Positions 29,113 through 38,881 are shown, counted from the first letter of the stretch. The stretch: 64,000 nucleotides of DNA from Candidatus Latescibacterota bacterium (GCA_965203175.1 OZ241867.1:5344001-5408000), one strand, 5' to 3'. Made by a program: numbers and translations. Notes: a model not told the origin generated them from the letters alone.

Positions 29113-29523
29113 TCAGAGCTTGATGACGGCGATAAGGACGCCAGTGATGGTCACCAACGTGCCCATCATCCAAAGGAAATAGATGTCTATACGCTTGTGG
29201 ACGGCGCGAATCTGTTCGCCCAACGAGCGGTTGGTCTCGTCAATGCGGTTGTTGGTCTCGTCAATGCGACTGTTGGTCTCATTTATACGGCCATCCAATG
29301 AGCGGTTGAACTCATGGATCTGTTCGCTTAATGAACGGTTGGTCTCAAGAATTTGTTCGCTCAACGAGCGATTAACCTCGTCTATGCGGTTGTTGACGGC
29401 CCCTATTTGGGTACGCAGGTCTTGACGCAGGTCCTGAATGTCGTCGTGCAGATAGCTAATGACCCAAGGCATTTCTTCGGGCTTGGGGGTCGCACGAGTT
29501 TGGGGGTCAGTGCTTTCGCTCAT
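29113..29523 (-). CDS. Small coiled-coil repeat protein with C-terminal TM anchor (DUF1640/CCDC90-like)
   Basis: Repeats NRIDETN and NRSLSEQI.E, then WMMGTLVTITGVLIAVIKL; GAGG RBS. Confidence 0.7.
   Translation of the reverse strand: MSESTDPQTRATPKPEEMPWVISYLHDDIQDLRQDLRTQIGAVNNRIDEVNRSLSEQILETNRSLSEQIHEFNRSLDGRINETNSRIDETNNRIDETNRSLGEQIRAVHKRIDIYFLWMMGTLVTITGVLIAVIKL
29210..29395 (-). repeat. Imperfect intragenic tandem repeats (21-bp and 33-bp units)
   Basis: Recurring ttggtctcgtcaatgcg and tgttcgc..aa.ga.cg.tt units encoding 7-aa and 11-aa repeats. Confidence 0.75.
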
Positions 29524-29599
29524 GGCTGGTTTCCTCAGCGGAAAATATAAATAAACGAAGGACTAAAAACCACCAACAGGTGGCTTCCGCTGCATGTAA

Positions 29600-29615
29600 T
29601 GCAACATTCATGCCA
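29600..29615 (-). promoter_or_regulatory. Putative sigma54 -24/-12 promoter
   Basis: Minus strand TGGCATGAATGTTGCA has correct GG-N10-GC spacing, 77 bp upstream of ATG 29523. Confidence 0.6.
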
Positions 29616-29751
29616 GCACCGACGGTCACCTTATCGGATGGCTTGTAACCGGCGCAAGCTGTGTCGAACGGTATCCATCAATGCGTTGTTTAGGTACCTT
29701 TGCCGCTTGGGGAATTCGCCCCCTGATGCAATCAAGCACTGCGGGACTTCC

Positions 29752-31746
29752 CTACGGCGTCAGTTGCTCTTCCACGAGCCGCAAAAAGTGCGCCTCCTGT
29801 CCAACTTCTCCTCCCACCAAACGAGCGTATTCCCGCGCATCCTCAACCCGCCCAGCCCAAACCAATTCAAACGCCAACGCCTGAAACAAACTCAACGCAT
29901 AGCGCCGGCGAAAATCCTCGGCCAAAAAAGCGCGCTCCAAGTGCAGCAAGGCCGGATCGCGTTCTTCAAGCAGATGATAGAGCTGGCCCTTGACAAAATC
30001 GACGAAGGACGCGCCCACAGCCGGATCGTGCGCGAGGAACCCCGCCTGTTTCAGCGCGGCTCGCACCTCGTCCCGCTGCTCGTTGGTAAACGCCCTCCCC
30101 TGCATCTTGATGCACCACCCCCACTGCACCGCCGCCCACAACCCGCGCCGCGTAAACGGCACCTCGCGCCGCGCAGCCGCGTAATAAACCTGCGCCCGCG
30201 CGAAATCCCGCTCGGTAAAAAGCTGATCCGCCACCGCTAATACCAATGGCCCCTGCCGCCCCTGCTCAATCCACTGCTTAACGCCGCGCCGTTCCCCCAG
30301 AGACAGCCGCTGCCCCTCCATGGCCGCCAGTTGTTTGAGATAGCGCGCATTGTGCCCATTGTATTGGTGCAAGGGCGCTTGCGCGAGCATCGCCCCCATC
30401 TTGTTGTACGCGACCACGCGCTCCACCGGCAGGTCGCCTAAAGCGCGCCGATACGCCTCCGCACTCCGCAACAATCCCAAGTCAATGTTCTGCAATCTGG
30501 CGACGCTGTGGAGAACAGTCCGCGCCAACAAAGCCTGCCCAGCTACAGAGAAGTGAACGTGATCCACCATCCACTCCCAACCCACGCCCTGCGCGGGCGC
30601 AGCGTCCACAAACGCAGCCTCCACATCCGCCAACACCGCCCCATGCTCTTTGGCGACTGCGCGAATCACAGCATTGTGCGCCGTGGGAGCGCGCCACGGC
30701 ATGGTGTCCAAATCCCGCGCCTTGCGAAAGGCCCGCTGCGCTTGGGCATCCCGTCCCAATCGTTCCAACGCCCGGCCTTGCAAATACCACAACCAAGCGT
30801 GTTCGCTCGAAAGAGCCGCCGCTTGCTCCAATTGCTGCAGCGCATCCTCAGCATCCTCCGGCGCAACGTAACCCCGCGTCAATGCCTGCGCCGCTTGCTC
30901 CACCTGCGCCTCCCACACCTCATCCCCCTCCGTCGATCCCACCGGCGCAAATCCCGCGTCATTCGCCACAATAGTACACAGCACTAAGGGCACCTGCGCT
31001 CGCTCGCAGAGCTGACTGACGCGCCGCAAATTGCCGCGCAAATTCTGCTCCGCCGTCGTTCGACCAGAGCCGTGCAACGGCACCTCGCCGCGCGCAGCCG
31101 CCATTTTTATCAAATCCGTCGGCTCGTCCCTAGTCCCAATACCCCCTATCAACTCATCCACCAGATGCGTCAAATGCAGTTGCCGCAAAAAGTACTGTAG
31201 CCGCTGATGCCGCCCGGCCCCGTACAACCCATAGAATTCATTGTGCCCGGTATAGACGACGACCAGATCCGGCGACAGCACCAACGCATCTTCTACCACT
31301 TGCGCCACCGCAAAGCTGGCAATAGACGTGATCCCCAAATTGACAACCTCCACCTCCCGCTCCGGCCAAGCATCCGCCAGCATCGCCTGCAAAAAAGACG
31401 CCGCGGCCAAACGTCGCGGATGGGGAAAACCCTGCACCGTGGAAGCCCCGACAAACACGACGCGATAGCGGTTTGCTGGCGCAGGTCCTACAAAGAAGTG
31501 CTCGCCCATCTGCCCCGCTGCGGCCAGCCGGCCTTTGTACTGCGTGAAAAATCGCTGCGCATAAAACCGACTCGTCGCGTGCAGCGATTCACCAGTCGCC
31601 TCATCCTCGGCCAAAGTCACTACCAACGGCGACGGCCCCAATCCCGGCACGAGCCGCAGCAAGCCTTCGCCCACCACCACCAAGGCCGCACCAACTACCA
31701 AGGTCGCCAAACGAAAAAGCCAGACTCTATTCGTCGCTGCCATCAC
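29752..31746 (-). CDS. Membrane-anchored SGNH/GDSL-like domain plus TPR protein
   Basis: N-terminal TM, GASTVQGFP, EVVNLG, YTGHNEFYG and DHVH motifs; TPR-like helices. Confidence 0.8.
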   Translation of the reverse strand: MMAATNRVWLFRLATLVVGAALVVVGEGLLRLVPGLGPSPLVVTLAEDEATGESLHATSRFYAQRFFTQYKGRLAAAGQMGEHFFVGPAPANRYRVVFVGASTVQGFPHPRRLAAASFLQAMLADAWPEREVEVVNLGITSIASFAVAQVVEDALVLSPDLVVVYTGHNEFYGLYGAGRHQRLQYFLRQLHLTHLVDELIGGIGTRDEPTDLIKMAAARGEVPLHGSGRTTAEQNLRGNLRRVSQLCERAQVPLVLCTIVANDAGFAPVGSTEGDEVWEAQVEQAAQALTRGYVAPEDAEDALQQLEQAAALSSEHAWLWYLQGRALERLGRDAQAQRAFRKARDLDTMPWRAPTAHNAVIRAVAKEHGAVLADVEAAFVDAAPAQGVGWEWMVDHVHFSVAGQALLARTVLHSVARLQNIDLGLLRSAEAYRRALGDLPVERVVAYNKMGAMLAQAPLHQYNGHNARYLKQLAAMEGQRLSLGERRGVKQWIEQGRQGPLVLAVADQLFTERDFARAQVYYAAARREVPFTRRGLWAAVQWGWCIKMQGRAFTNEQRDEVRAALKQAGFLAHDPAVGASFVDFVKGQLYHLLEERDPALLHLERAFLAEDFRRRYALSLFQALAFELVWAGRVEDAREYARLVGGEVGQEAHFLRLVEEQLTP

Positions 31747-33424
31747 GCCTCGGCTTCCCCATCATTGCGTGCACCCTCTCCAATGCCGCGTATATATCCT
31801 CGCGCGGTGCCGCCACCACAGCCTGTTCGAGAACCTCGGCCGCCTGCTGATATTGCCCCAACCCCACATAGACGCCGGCCACATTGCTCCACACGTCAGC
31901 GCGTTCCCGCTCGTGCTCCAACACGTTCAGGAGGATGGGCAACGCGCCGCGCAAATCGCCGCGCATCGCTCGCAATGAGCCGAGATTGAACCAAGCCTGC
32001 CAATACATCGAATCGAGCCGCGTGGCCTGTTCGTATTTCAGCAGCGCCAAATCGTAGCGGCCTTGTTGCAGGTAGGCATTGCCTAGGTCGTTATGCGTGG
32101 CGGCCTTGCCCCGCCCATCCATCGGCGGCAGATCCCAATTCACCAACAGCACCAAGAGAGCGAAAACAGCCGTCGGCAAAAGCGCTTGGCGCAAGGGTCG
32201 TTGTCGCCACAGCCAGTTCCCCCCGTACGCAGCGAATAGAATCAGCAGCGGCACAATCGGCAGGCGATAGCGCGCCGCGACAAAAAAGGAAATTACCGCG
32301 AAGCTATAGCCGAGGACGAAAAGTACCGGCAGCACAAAGCCTTGCCTCCGGATGTACACTATCAGACCCAGCAGCGCGAGAGGGCTTACCAAACCAAAGG
32401 GAAAAGCCACCCCCCATTTCCACAAGGTACCCGCGAGAACGCTTGAATACTTGCGCCAATAGTACATTTCCTGATTGCGCTCTATTTCATCGCCGCGCCA
32501 AAATTGGGCAGTTTTTGCCGCCAGCAATCCCATGTAATCGAGAGGCGCATTCTGTATGTACTCAAGAGCCTGCCTGTAAAAGAACAGGGACTTGCCCGAA
32601 GGGTGCGTGATTCCTTCCCGCAGAGGCAGAGCAACCAGCTCCTCCCACTCCCATCCCGGGCGCAAAGCGAGCGTCTGCTCGGCGTTTGCGTTGTTCCCTA
32701 TGTAGAAATTCACCCCGCCGTTATAGGAGATCGGCACAAAGTCCCCACCGATGGTGTAATTTCTCAGCGTTACCGGCGCAATCGCCAGCACCGCTCCCAG
32801 TAGAAAAGCAACGACTGCCGGAGCGGCGTTTTTCCGCAACCAATAGAACAGCCAGATGGCCACGCCCGGAATCAAGGCCGCGAGAATCGCCGCGGTAAGC
32901 GATGCCAGCCCCAGCGCAAAACCCGCAGCCGTAAAAATGGATTTCGTCGACCGCTCGACCGCGCGCATTAACAGCAAGAGACTGACAAGGGTAAAAAAGG
33001 TGGCTAACCCAGCCGGCAATAGCCGGGCATCAAAATAGATCAGCGGCCCGTACATCGCCGCAATGAGGCCGCCGATAAAACCGACACCTGGGCCAAAAAG
33101 TCGCCGCCCGACCAAGTACAGCAACGCACAGGTAACGCTGCCAATTAGCACCTGCACAAAGCGGGATACGTAGTAAAAGGATTCTGGGAATGCGAGCTTG
33201 ATTACGCCTATAAAATAAGGATAGAGCGGGGGTTGCCAGAACGGGCCTTGGCCACGTCCCAACCAATTGCCTGAGGCTAGACTGGCCGCCTGTTCGGAAT
33301 ATGTAGCCGCGTCCACCGCCGGCATAGTAAAAAGAGGACTCGCCGACATCTGGAACGCATGCACCAAACGCAGACTCAGCGCCAGTACAAAGACGATCCC
33401 TCCCCAATGCCAGAGTCGCCTCAT
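31727..33424 (-). CDS. GT-C glycosyltransferase (ArnT/PMT family 39-like) with C-terminal TPRs
   Basis: D...Y...A, QPPLYPYF, GGVNFYIGNN and RYRLP motifs, followed by TPR repeats (HNDLGNAY, AWFNLG). Confidence 0.8.
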   Translation of the reverse strand: MRRLWHWGGIVFVLALSLRLVHAFQMSASPLFTMPAVDAATYSEQAASLASGNWLGRGQGPFWQPPLYPYFIGVIKLAFPESFYYVSRFVQVLIGSVTCALLYLVGRRLFGPGVGFIGGLIAAMYGPLIYFDARLLPAGLATFFTLVSLLLLMRAVERSTKSIFTAAGFALGLASLTAAILAALIPGVAIWLFYWLRKNAAPAVVAFLLGAVLAIAPVTLRNYTIGGDFVPISYNGGVNFYIGNNANAEQTLALRPGWEWEELVALPLREGITHPSGKSLFFYRQALEYIQNAPLDYMGLLAAKTAQFWRGDEIERNQEMYYWRKYSSVLAGTLWKWGVAFPFGLVSPLALLGLIVYIRRQGFVLPVLFVLGYSFAVISFFVAARYRLPIVPLLILFAAYGGNWLWRQRPLRQALLPTAVFALLVLLVNWDLPPMDGRGKAATHNDLGNAYLQQGRYDLALLKYEQATRLDSMYWQAWFNLGSLRAMRGDLRGALPILLNVLEHERERADVWSNVAGVYVGLGQYQQAAEVLEQAVVAAPREDIYAALERVHAMMGKPRRDGSDE

Positions 33425-33445
33425 AGGACTCTCAGTTCGACCGTT

Positions 33446-34540
33446 TTAGCGGACGATCACGTCCCACACCTTCGACATCCGCGCCTTCCCCTCGGGGCCT
33501 TCGACGTAGAGCGTGACTGTATAGGTCGTCCCAGGCTCTGCGTACTGGTGGATGGGGTGTTGCTCGGTCGAGGTGTTGCCATCGCCGAAATCCCAACGCC
33601 ATGAGCGGATATCCCCGTAGGACAAATCCTTGAAAGCGACCAAGCGGCGTTCCATATCGAGGACGGTAAATTCCCATTGCGCCTCGACCGGGTCGCGCAA
33701 GGCTTTCTCCAGCGGCATCAGCCGGAAGCCGACCAGTTCGGAGGCGTTGCCGAACATGGTCGTCTTGTGGGATAGGTTCCAAAAGCCCTCAAACTCCTGC
33801 TGTTTGACCTCCACATCATCGTAGTCGAGGATGCACCAACTCAGGCCGATCAAGGCACCCTCTTCGAGCTTCGACTCTACGGCGCGCTCCGGTCCATCGG
33901 CGGGGGCGTAATCGAAAGGGGTGATCCAGAATTCGAGCGTGTAGTGCCCGCTGTCGCCAGGCGCAAAATCGTAGTGCGCCGCCGCATTGGCCCAAGGCAG
34001 CTCGTAAATCCACTGATTGGCACCCCAGACCATAGTCCAGGGCTTGCCGTCAGCCGGGGTCAGGACGTGGTAGTTCTGGGCGTGGACGCCGTGGAATTTG
34101 AAGTGGCCGTCGAGGCCCTCTAGCCCGTTGGTATCCTTGTCCTCGCGCAGTTGGGGGATCAAAGGACCGCCGGACAAATCGCCATCGACGACGATCTCCA
34201 AAATATCGTTGTGCAGATCGCGGTGGCTGAAATCCCAATAGTCGTCATAGGCTTCGTAGAGGAAGTAGAGCCGGTTTAGTCCCTTGACCCAGCCAACGCG
34301 CATGGTGACATCTAGATCGGTAGTATCGATCGGACTGTCGTGTACGGTGTCTTTCAACTGATCGATGCCGATGGCGTAGTCAGCAGGAACCATGCCCCAA
34401 TCGGATACATCTCCATCGACGCGAGGAATCTGATCGGCGGGGAACTGAAAAATTTTGAAGGTGGTATCCGGCCGTTCCAGTGCGGAGGCGGACAGTGCCC
34501 ACAGCACGCCAACGGTTAGGATCGCGCTGCACTTTTGCAT
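33446..34540 (-). CDS. Exported CBM9/DOMON-like protein with C-terminal PKD domain
   Basis: Signal peptide from ATG 34540; PRVDGDVSDW; PKD motif SWRWDFGDGNTSTEQHPIHQY. Confidence 0.78.
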   Translation of the reverse strand: MQKCSAILTVGVLWALSASALERPDTTFKIFQFPADQIPRVDGDVSDWGMVPADYAIGIDQLKDTVHDSPIDTTDLDVTMRVGWVKGLNRLYFLYEAYDDYWDFSHRDLHNDILEIVVDGDLSGGPLIPQLREDKDTNGLEGLDGHFKFHGVHAQNYHVLTPADGKPWTMVWGANQWIYELPWANAAAHYDFAPGDSGHYTLEFWITPFDYAPADGPERAVESKLEEGALIGLSWCILDYDDVEVKQQEFEGFWNLSHKTTMFGNASELVGFRLMPLEKALRDPVEAQWEFTVLDMERRLVAFKDLSYGDIRSWRWDFGDGNTSTEQHPIHQYAEPGTTYTVTLYVEGPEGKARMSKVWDVIVR

Positions 34541-34556
34541 GTGCCGGTTCCTCCGG

Positions 34557-35708
34557 TCAAATCCGGTTGTCATCGATATAATCCCAGTTATAGGCCATCC
34601 CCAACCCCGGTTCCTGCGATACGAGTACGCACCCTTCATCGTCCAAGGGATCGACAATCTGATCGAGATGCGGCGGGCTCTCGTCGTAATCGCGCCCAAG
34701 CCGCAGGAGACCACGCTCGTAATAGCGGCAGGTGGCCTCGGGGGCAGCCGCGGCCAAATGCACGTGCGGGGCACCAACCCCGTGTATTTCGCACTGCACG
34801 CCGTAGAGCTGGCACAAATTGATGAGCTTCCAGCAGCCAGTGATGCCGCCGTAGTTCACATCAATGCGCAGCATGTCGCAGCCCCCCTGCAACAGCCACT
34901 CGGCCCGCGCAAAGGGACCGCCCTTGACGTGTTCGGGGGAACAGATGGCAATGGAGGTCTGCTGCGTCAAGCGGCGATAGGCCTCCACCCGCGTCTCGAC
35001 CATCGGGTGTTCCAACCAGTAGTAGTTCAACTCTTCTAATTCCCGCGCCACCCACAGCGATTCCTCCAAGGTATAGACGCCGAACGGATCGAGCATCAGC
35101 ACAATATCGTCGCCCACGGCCTCGCGCACGGCGCGACAAATCTCCACATCCTCCTTGGGAAATCCCGGCAGTTGCGGCGCTGGCTCCCGCGTGTGCGGAT
35201 TCCAGCAGATGTTGGCGTGTACTTTGAAGGCTTTATAACCGCGCGCTACGCACTCTCGCGCCAGTTCTTGATACACCTCGGGGCCACCCAAGTTCGGGTA
35301 CGTGCTGGCGTATGCTTCGACCTTGTCGCGGGTGCCGCCCAAAAGTTGGTACACGGGTATACCAGCTTTTTGCCCAGCCAGATCCCACAGCGCGCAATCG
35401 ACAATGCCGAGTTCGTGTTCGGCGAGGCTGTGGCTAAACGTGGACATTTGATCCATCCAATGCCATAACTTCTCGCGGTTGAGGGGGTCCTCGCCAACTA
35501 GGAGGTTTTTGATGGCACCTTCCATAGTCGCTTTGTTGCCGCCCAGCATGTGTCCTGTGACGCCCTCGTCGGTGGAGATTCTAGTGATCGCACTAGTGCC
35601 TTCCACTTCCTCGTCATCAATCCACACGCCATAGCCCCAGCGCGAGCTAGCACTCCGGCCGCGGTGTTTGGTGCGAAAATGAATGACTTCGACATCGGTG
35701 ATTTTCAC
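34557..35708 (-). CDS. Mandelate racemase/enolase superfamily enzyme
   Basis: VDCALWDLAG..G.PVYQLLGG, FKVH, MLD, WLEHP, EIH and PGLG motifs; AAGGAGG RBS with GTG start. Confidence 0.9.
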   Translation of the reverse strand: MKITDVEVIHFRTKHRGRSASSRWGYGVWIDDEEVEGTSAITRISTDEGVTGHMLGGNKATMEGAIKNLLVGEDPLNREKLWHWMDQMSTFSHSLAEHELGIVDCALWDLAGQKAGIPVYQLLGGTRDKVEAYASTYPNLGGPEVYQELARECVARGYKAFKVHANICWNPHTREPAPQLPGFPKEDVEICRAVREAVGDDIVLMLDPFGVYTLEESLWVARELEELNYYWLEHPMVETRVEAYRRLTQQTSIAICSPEHVKGGPFARAEWLLQGGCDMLRIDVNYGGITGCWKLINLCQLYGVQCEIHGVGAPHVHLAAAAPEATCRYYERGLLRLGRDYDESPPHLDQIVDPLDDEGCVLVSQEPGLGMAYNWDYIDDNRI

Positions 35709-35953
35709 GATTTGTCCTCCTTAATTTTTTGATCAAATTTATGCCACATTTCTTTCCGAACTTCGGCTATGTCCTGAGAGGTTATTGGCTGCGCCTGCTC
35801 CCACAATCCTTCAGGATTAAAGAGCTTGTCTTGACCGGAGCCAGACGAACTTGGTATGTCTGCCATAAGAACGAGTTTAACAGCCAAACCGCTTTCCTCG
35901 ATGATAACCACTTCCTCGCCATTGGCCACTTCTTTGACCAGTGCCGCAAGACA
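35705..35953 (-). pseudogene. 5'-truncated Phd/YefM-like antitoxin
   Basis: LAALVKEVANGEEVVI..VKLV pattern; N-terminus missing; no toxin downstream. Confidence 0.55.
35733..35779. repeat. 47-bp imperfect direct repeat, copy 1
   Basis: 40/47 identical to 37101-37147 by manual alignment. Confidence 0.8.
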
Positions 35954-36252
35954 GCTATCGGCACCCCAGCGTGAAAAGCATATTCAAATAGCTGTCTCTC
36001 TGCCCCATCACTCTGCCCCACTTGCTTAACCTCAATAAAAACCATCGGCTTTAATGCAGGATGGCATGGAGCGAAATCTACCCTTCCGCCCGGCACCGGG
36101 TATTCAGGAATGACAATTTGTGGATTAAACTGTGGCCAATCCAGGGCGTCAAGTAGGCGACGCACGATGCCCTGTGAAACTAATGCCTCACTTGTAAACT
36201 GCTTTCTTCTTAAAGCGTCGCGTATGTCGTCAATGTGCTCCTTGAGTTCCAT
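35947..36252 (-). pseudogene. Truncated type I restriction HsdR N-terminal-like (PD-(D/E)xK) protein
   Basis: PEY...RVDF...FIEVK...QLFEYAF..GVPIAVL, then an abrupt switch into antitoxin-derived DNA. Confidence 0.7.
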
Positions 36253-36326
36253 TACCCATATCTCCTTTTCCCAATTGTAGTGCGATAGCACTGATTGTCG
36301 AAGTTGAACAGAATGTTGTAAACTGT

Positions 36327-36815
36327 TTAGGCTTTATCAGCCAATTCTAAAACTCTTCGTTTTAAGTCTTCGGACAACCACATTCCAGCATTTTCAAGAT
36401 CATTGAGAAAGGGGGCCACAGATGTGATCATATTTTTTTGCTTGGCAGAAGCCAATAGACCAACAGTGCCAACAACTCGGAGACCACATATTTCGGCCTG
36501 ATGTCTGGCGTTTAGATCATCCAAAATCACCCAGTCAGCATGACCGTCAAGCGCAAGAAGAATTACTTCTCGCTCACCAGCCCCAAGTGAGTCCACTGCT
36601 TCTGATACAGATCGGAGTTCTATTTGCTGAATCTCAATCCAAGGATAATCGGTAAGATCGGGGACACTGACACCTTGTGCCCTTCCCCTTGCCAACTCTG
36701 TGACCACAGCTTCAGGCACGAGTACCCTATCAAATTGGCAGCGGAGCAAAGTCAGTTGGTCTATTCGGTAAAGGTAGAGTAATGGGGATGTATCGACGCT
36801 ACAGATCTTTGGCAC
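36327..36815 (-). CDS. DUF3368 PIN-like putative toxin
   Basis: DTSPL, VPEAVVTEL, LGAGEREVI, LDDLNAR and VVGTVGLL motifs. Confidence 0.85.
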   Translation of the reverse strand: MPKICSVDTSPLLYLYRIDQLTLLRCQFDRVLVPEAVVTELARGRAQGVSVPDLTDYPWIEIQQIELRSVSEAVDSLGAGEREVILLALDGHADWVILDDLNARHQAEICGLRVVGTVGLLASAKQKNMITSVAPFLNDLENAGMWLSEDLKRRVLELADKA

Positions 36816-37059
36816 GGAAAAAGTCCTTTGCCAATTCTTCAGGGGACAGATTGATGGCCGATACTTGGTAGGACTTCAAGGCATCTAAAAACACGACGCG
36901 ATCCATATCTGCAAACCGAGCAGCTTGCCCAGAAGACAGACGTCCGAGTTCAAATAGTTTGATGGCTATCAGTAGCCGTCCTTTTTCGGCGAAGCGTTCA
37001 GGCGTTTCGCTAAGGGTTTGCAGTATGTCATCTGGACATTCAAATGTAATTTTAGACAT
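36799..37059 (-). CDS. UPF0175 family protein (putative antitoxin)
   Basis: AIKLFELGRLSSGQAARFADM.R..F..L; overlaps the DUF3368 gene. Confidence 0.85.
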   Translation of the reverse strand: MSKITFECPDDILQTLSETPERFAEKGRLLIAIKLFELGRLSSGQAARFADMDRVVFLDALKSYQVSAINLSPEELAKDFFRAKDL

Positions 37060-37100
37060 TGTGTACTCCTCCTGAAAAATCGCTTTCGGCTTCTACGATC

Positions 37101-37147
37101 TCAAATTTACGCCACATTTCTTTTTTAACTTCATCTATGTCCTGCGA
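37101..37147. repeat. 47-bp imperfect direct repeat, copy 2 (antitoxin C-terminal remnant)
   Basis: Minus strand encodes SQDIDEVKKEMWRKF versus SQDIAEVRKEMWHKF in copy 1. Confidence 0.8.
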
Positions 37148-37174
37148 TAATAGTGATAACGTACACAGCTCTGC

Positions 37175-38881
37175 CTATTGGGGCAATAACGTCTTGATGT
37201 TGTCTTCATATACGACGATCCTATCTCCGTAGTCCCGCCGCAGCCCCATCAAAAACGCATCCGCCAAGCGGCTCTCCTCGGCGCGTTTCAATAGCGCCCG
37301 CGCCCGCTTCGCCGCCGTATCAAAAGGCTCGGGAGCACTGCCAAAATTCGACTTCAGCACCTTGAACATCGAGTAGTACTCGCCGCCCCGAGGCATGGTC
37401 TCCGGCCCGACCACTTGGGCGGCCTGTGCCGTCACCGCTAGCGGGCCGTACAACCGGCCGACCTCGGCGCTGCGCACGACGTCGATCAATTCTGGATAAA
37501 AGGACTGTTCAAAGGCGTGGATGTGAAATGTGCCCTGCGCGCCCTTGCCTGCCGTCCGCAAGGTGTATTCGTCGGCGAGTGCACCCATATCCTCCTCCGC
37601 CTCGATTCTCGCCTTAATCTCCACGGCCTCCTCCCAAGTTTGCACCATGATCTCCTGCAGCGTGACCTCCTCCGGTGCGGTGAATAACTCGGGCCGCTCG
37701 TCGTATAATTTCCTAACCGCCTCCGGCTCGATCTCGACTTGGTCCTTGACCGCCGTCTGCCTAAGTGCCAACAGCAACAATGCGTCTTTGCGGCGCTCAT
37801 ACCAGCGCACGATCTGCTCTTCGCGGTCAATCCCCCTTTCATAGGCCACGTGCAGGAATAAGGTACGGGGCAGCAACACGTCCTCGGCAAACCACCGCAC
37901 CGACTCGACAATGTCACCTGAAAAACCCATCTTCAACTCTGCGGCGTAATCCCAGAAATCGCCCACCGTGACACTACCTTCGCGAAATTGAAAGAGTACC
38001 GCTGCGCGCTCTGCCTCGGTGTACTCTCTGCGCCCTGCCGCGACCCATTGCTGTAGCTGCTGCAAGGTCTCGTCATCGGCCTGCAAGTCGATGTCGGCCC
38101 GCAGTTGCGCCAAGAATGTCTCTATCAGTTCGGTCGTCTTTTCCTCTCGCAGCTTGGCTTCCAACTCGTTGCTCGCGGTGGCAAAACTCACGGGCCGGGC
38201 GTGCATGACTTGATAGATCCCGAACTGGCCATTGGGCAGGCGGATCGGCTCGGAGTACTCGCCGACCGCAAGCGCGTTTATGTATTCTTGCAAATAGACC
38301 GGGATGCGTTTGGGAGGCAGATAGCCGTCCAGTTCCCCACCTTGTGGTGCCGTCGATTTGTGCTGCGATCGGCTGTGCGCCAGTTCGGCGAAATCCCGGC
38401 CGGCGGCAAGGCTTTGCCCGATCTCCTCGGCTTCTGCCTGGGTGTCGACGATGATCAGGCGCAGCTTGACCTCGCGCTCCTTGTCCGCGGCTTCGTAAGC
38501 CGCCCGCAACTCCTGCTCATCGACGTGGACCTTGGCGAGAAATTCGCGCTCGAACAACAAGCTCAACACCCGTTCGGCTTTTTCCTTCCGTAGCTTCTGC
38601 GCCACCTCCGGCACCTCGTCGAGTCCCCTTTTGATCGCTTCTTGGAGGAAAATCTCTTTGTCGATGACTGTCTGTAAGTAATCGCGGTAGCCGTCTAAGC
38701 CTGACTTCTTCGTCTTTAGCTGCGCCGGCAAGCGCTGTTCAAAGTCGATCAGTTGAGAAGCCGTTATCCGGCGGTCTCCCACTTCGGCCAAAACGGGATC
38801 TTCTAGTTCCTCGGCATCTTTTGCACAACCCATAAGTGCTAGGAAAACTCCACTGCAAACCAAGGACAGGTGCGCTTTCAT
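37175..38881 (-). CDS. Lipoprotein peptidyl-prolyl isomerase with two parvulin domains (PrsA/SurA-like)
   Basis: Lipobox LALMGC after ATG 38881; DFAELA..S....GGEL and a second MGALADEYT...G domain. Confidence 0.85.
   Translation of the reverse strand: MKAHLSLVCSGVFLALMGCAKDAEELEDPVLAEVGDRRITASQLIDFEQRLPAQLKTKKSGLDGYRDYLQTVIDKEIFLQEAIKRGLDEVPEVAQKLRKEKAERVLSLLFEREFLAKVHVDEQELRAAYEAADKEREVKLRLIIVDTQAEAEEIGQSLAAGRDFAELAHSRSQHKSTAPQGGELDGYLPPKRIPVYLQEYINALAVGEYSEPIRLPNGQFGIYQVMHARPVSFATASNELEAKLREEKTTELIETFLAQLRADIDLQADDETLQQLQQWVAAGRREYTEAERAAVLFQFREGSVTVGDFWDYAAELKMGFSGDIVESVRWFAEDVLLPRTLFLHVAYERGIDREEQIVRWYERRKDALLLLALRQTAVKDQVEIEPEAVRKLYDERPELFTAPEEVTLQEIMVQTWEEAVEIKARIEAEEDMGALADEYTLRTAGKGAQGTFHIHAFEQSFYPELIDVVRSAEVGRLYGPLAVTAQAAQVVGPETMPRGGEYYSMFKVLKSNFGSAPEPFDTAAKRARALLKRAEESRLADAFLMGLRRDYGDRIVVYEDNIKTLLPQ

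Noticed and set aside
29210-29395. CRISPR-like array
   Set aside because: The repeats are in-frame, degenerate coding repeats with no unique spacers, and no cas genes are present.
20337-34777. Long N-terminal extensions in the ORF track (e.g. starts at 21644, 23612, 34777; also 13051, 15530, 54837, 55884)
   Set aside because: They overlap neighbouring real genes or promoter DNA and lack family motifs; downstream starts fit RBS, signal peptide or family N-termini better.
35733-37147. IS or prophage with attachment sites
   Set aside because: No transposase or integrase; the repeats are diverged coding remnants rather than identical att sites or target duplications.
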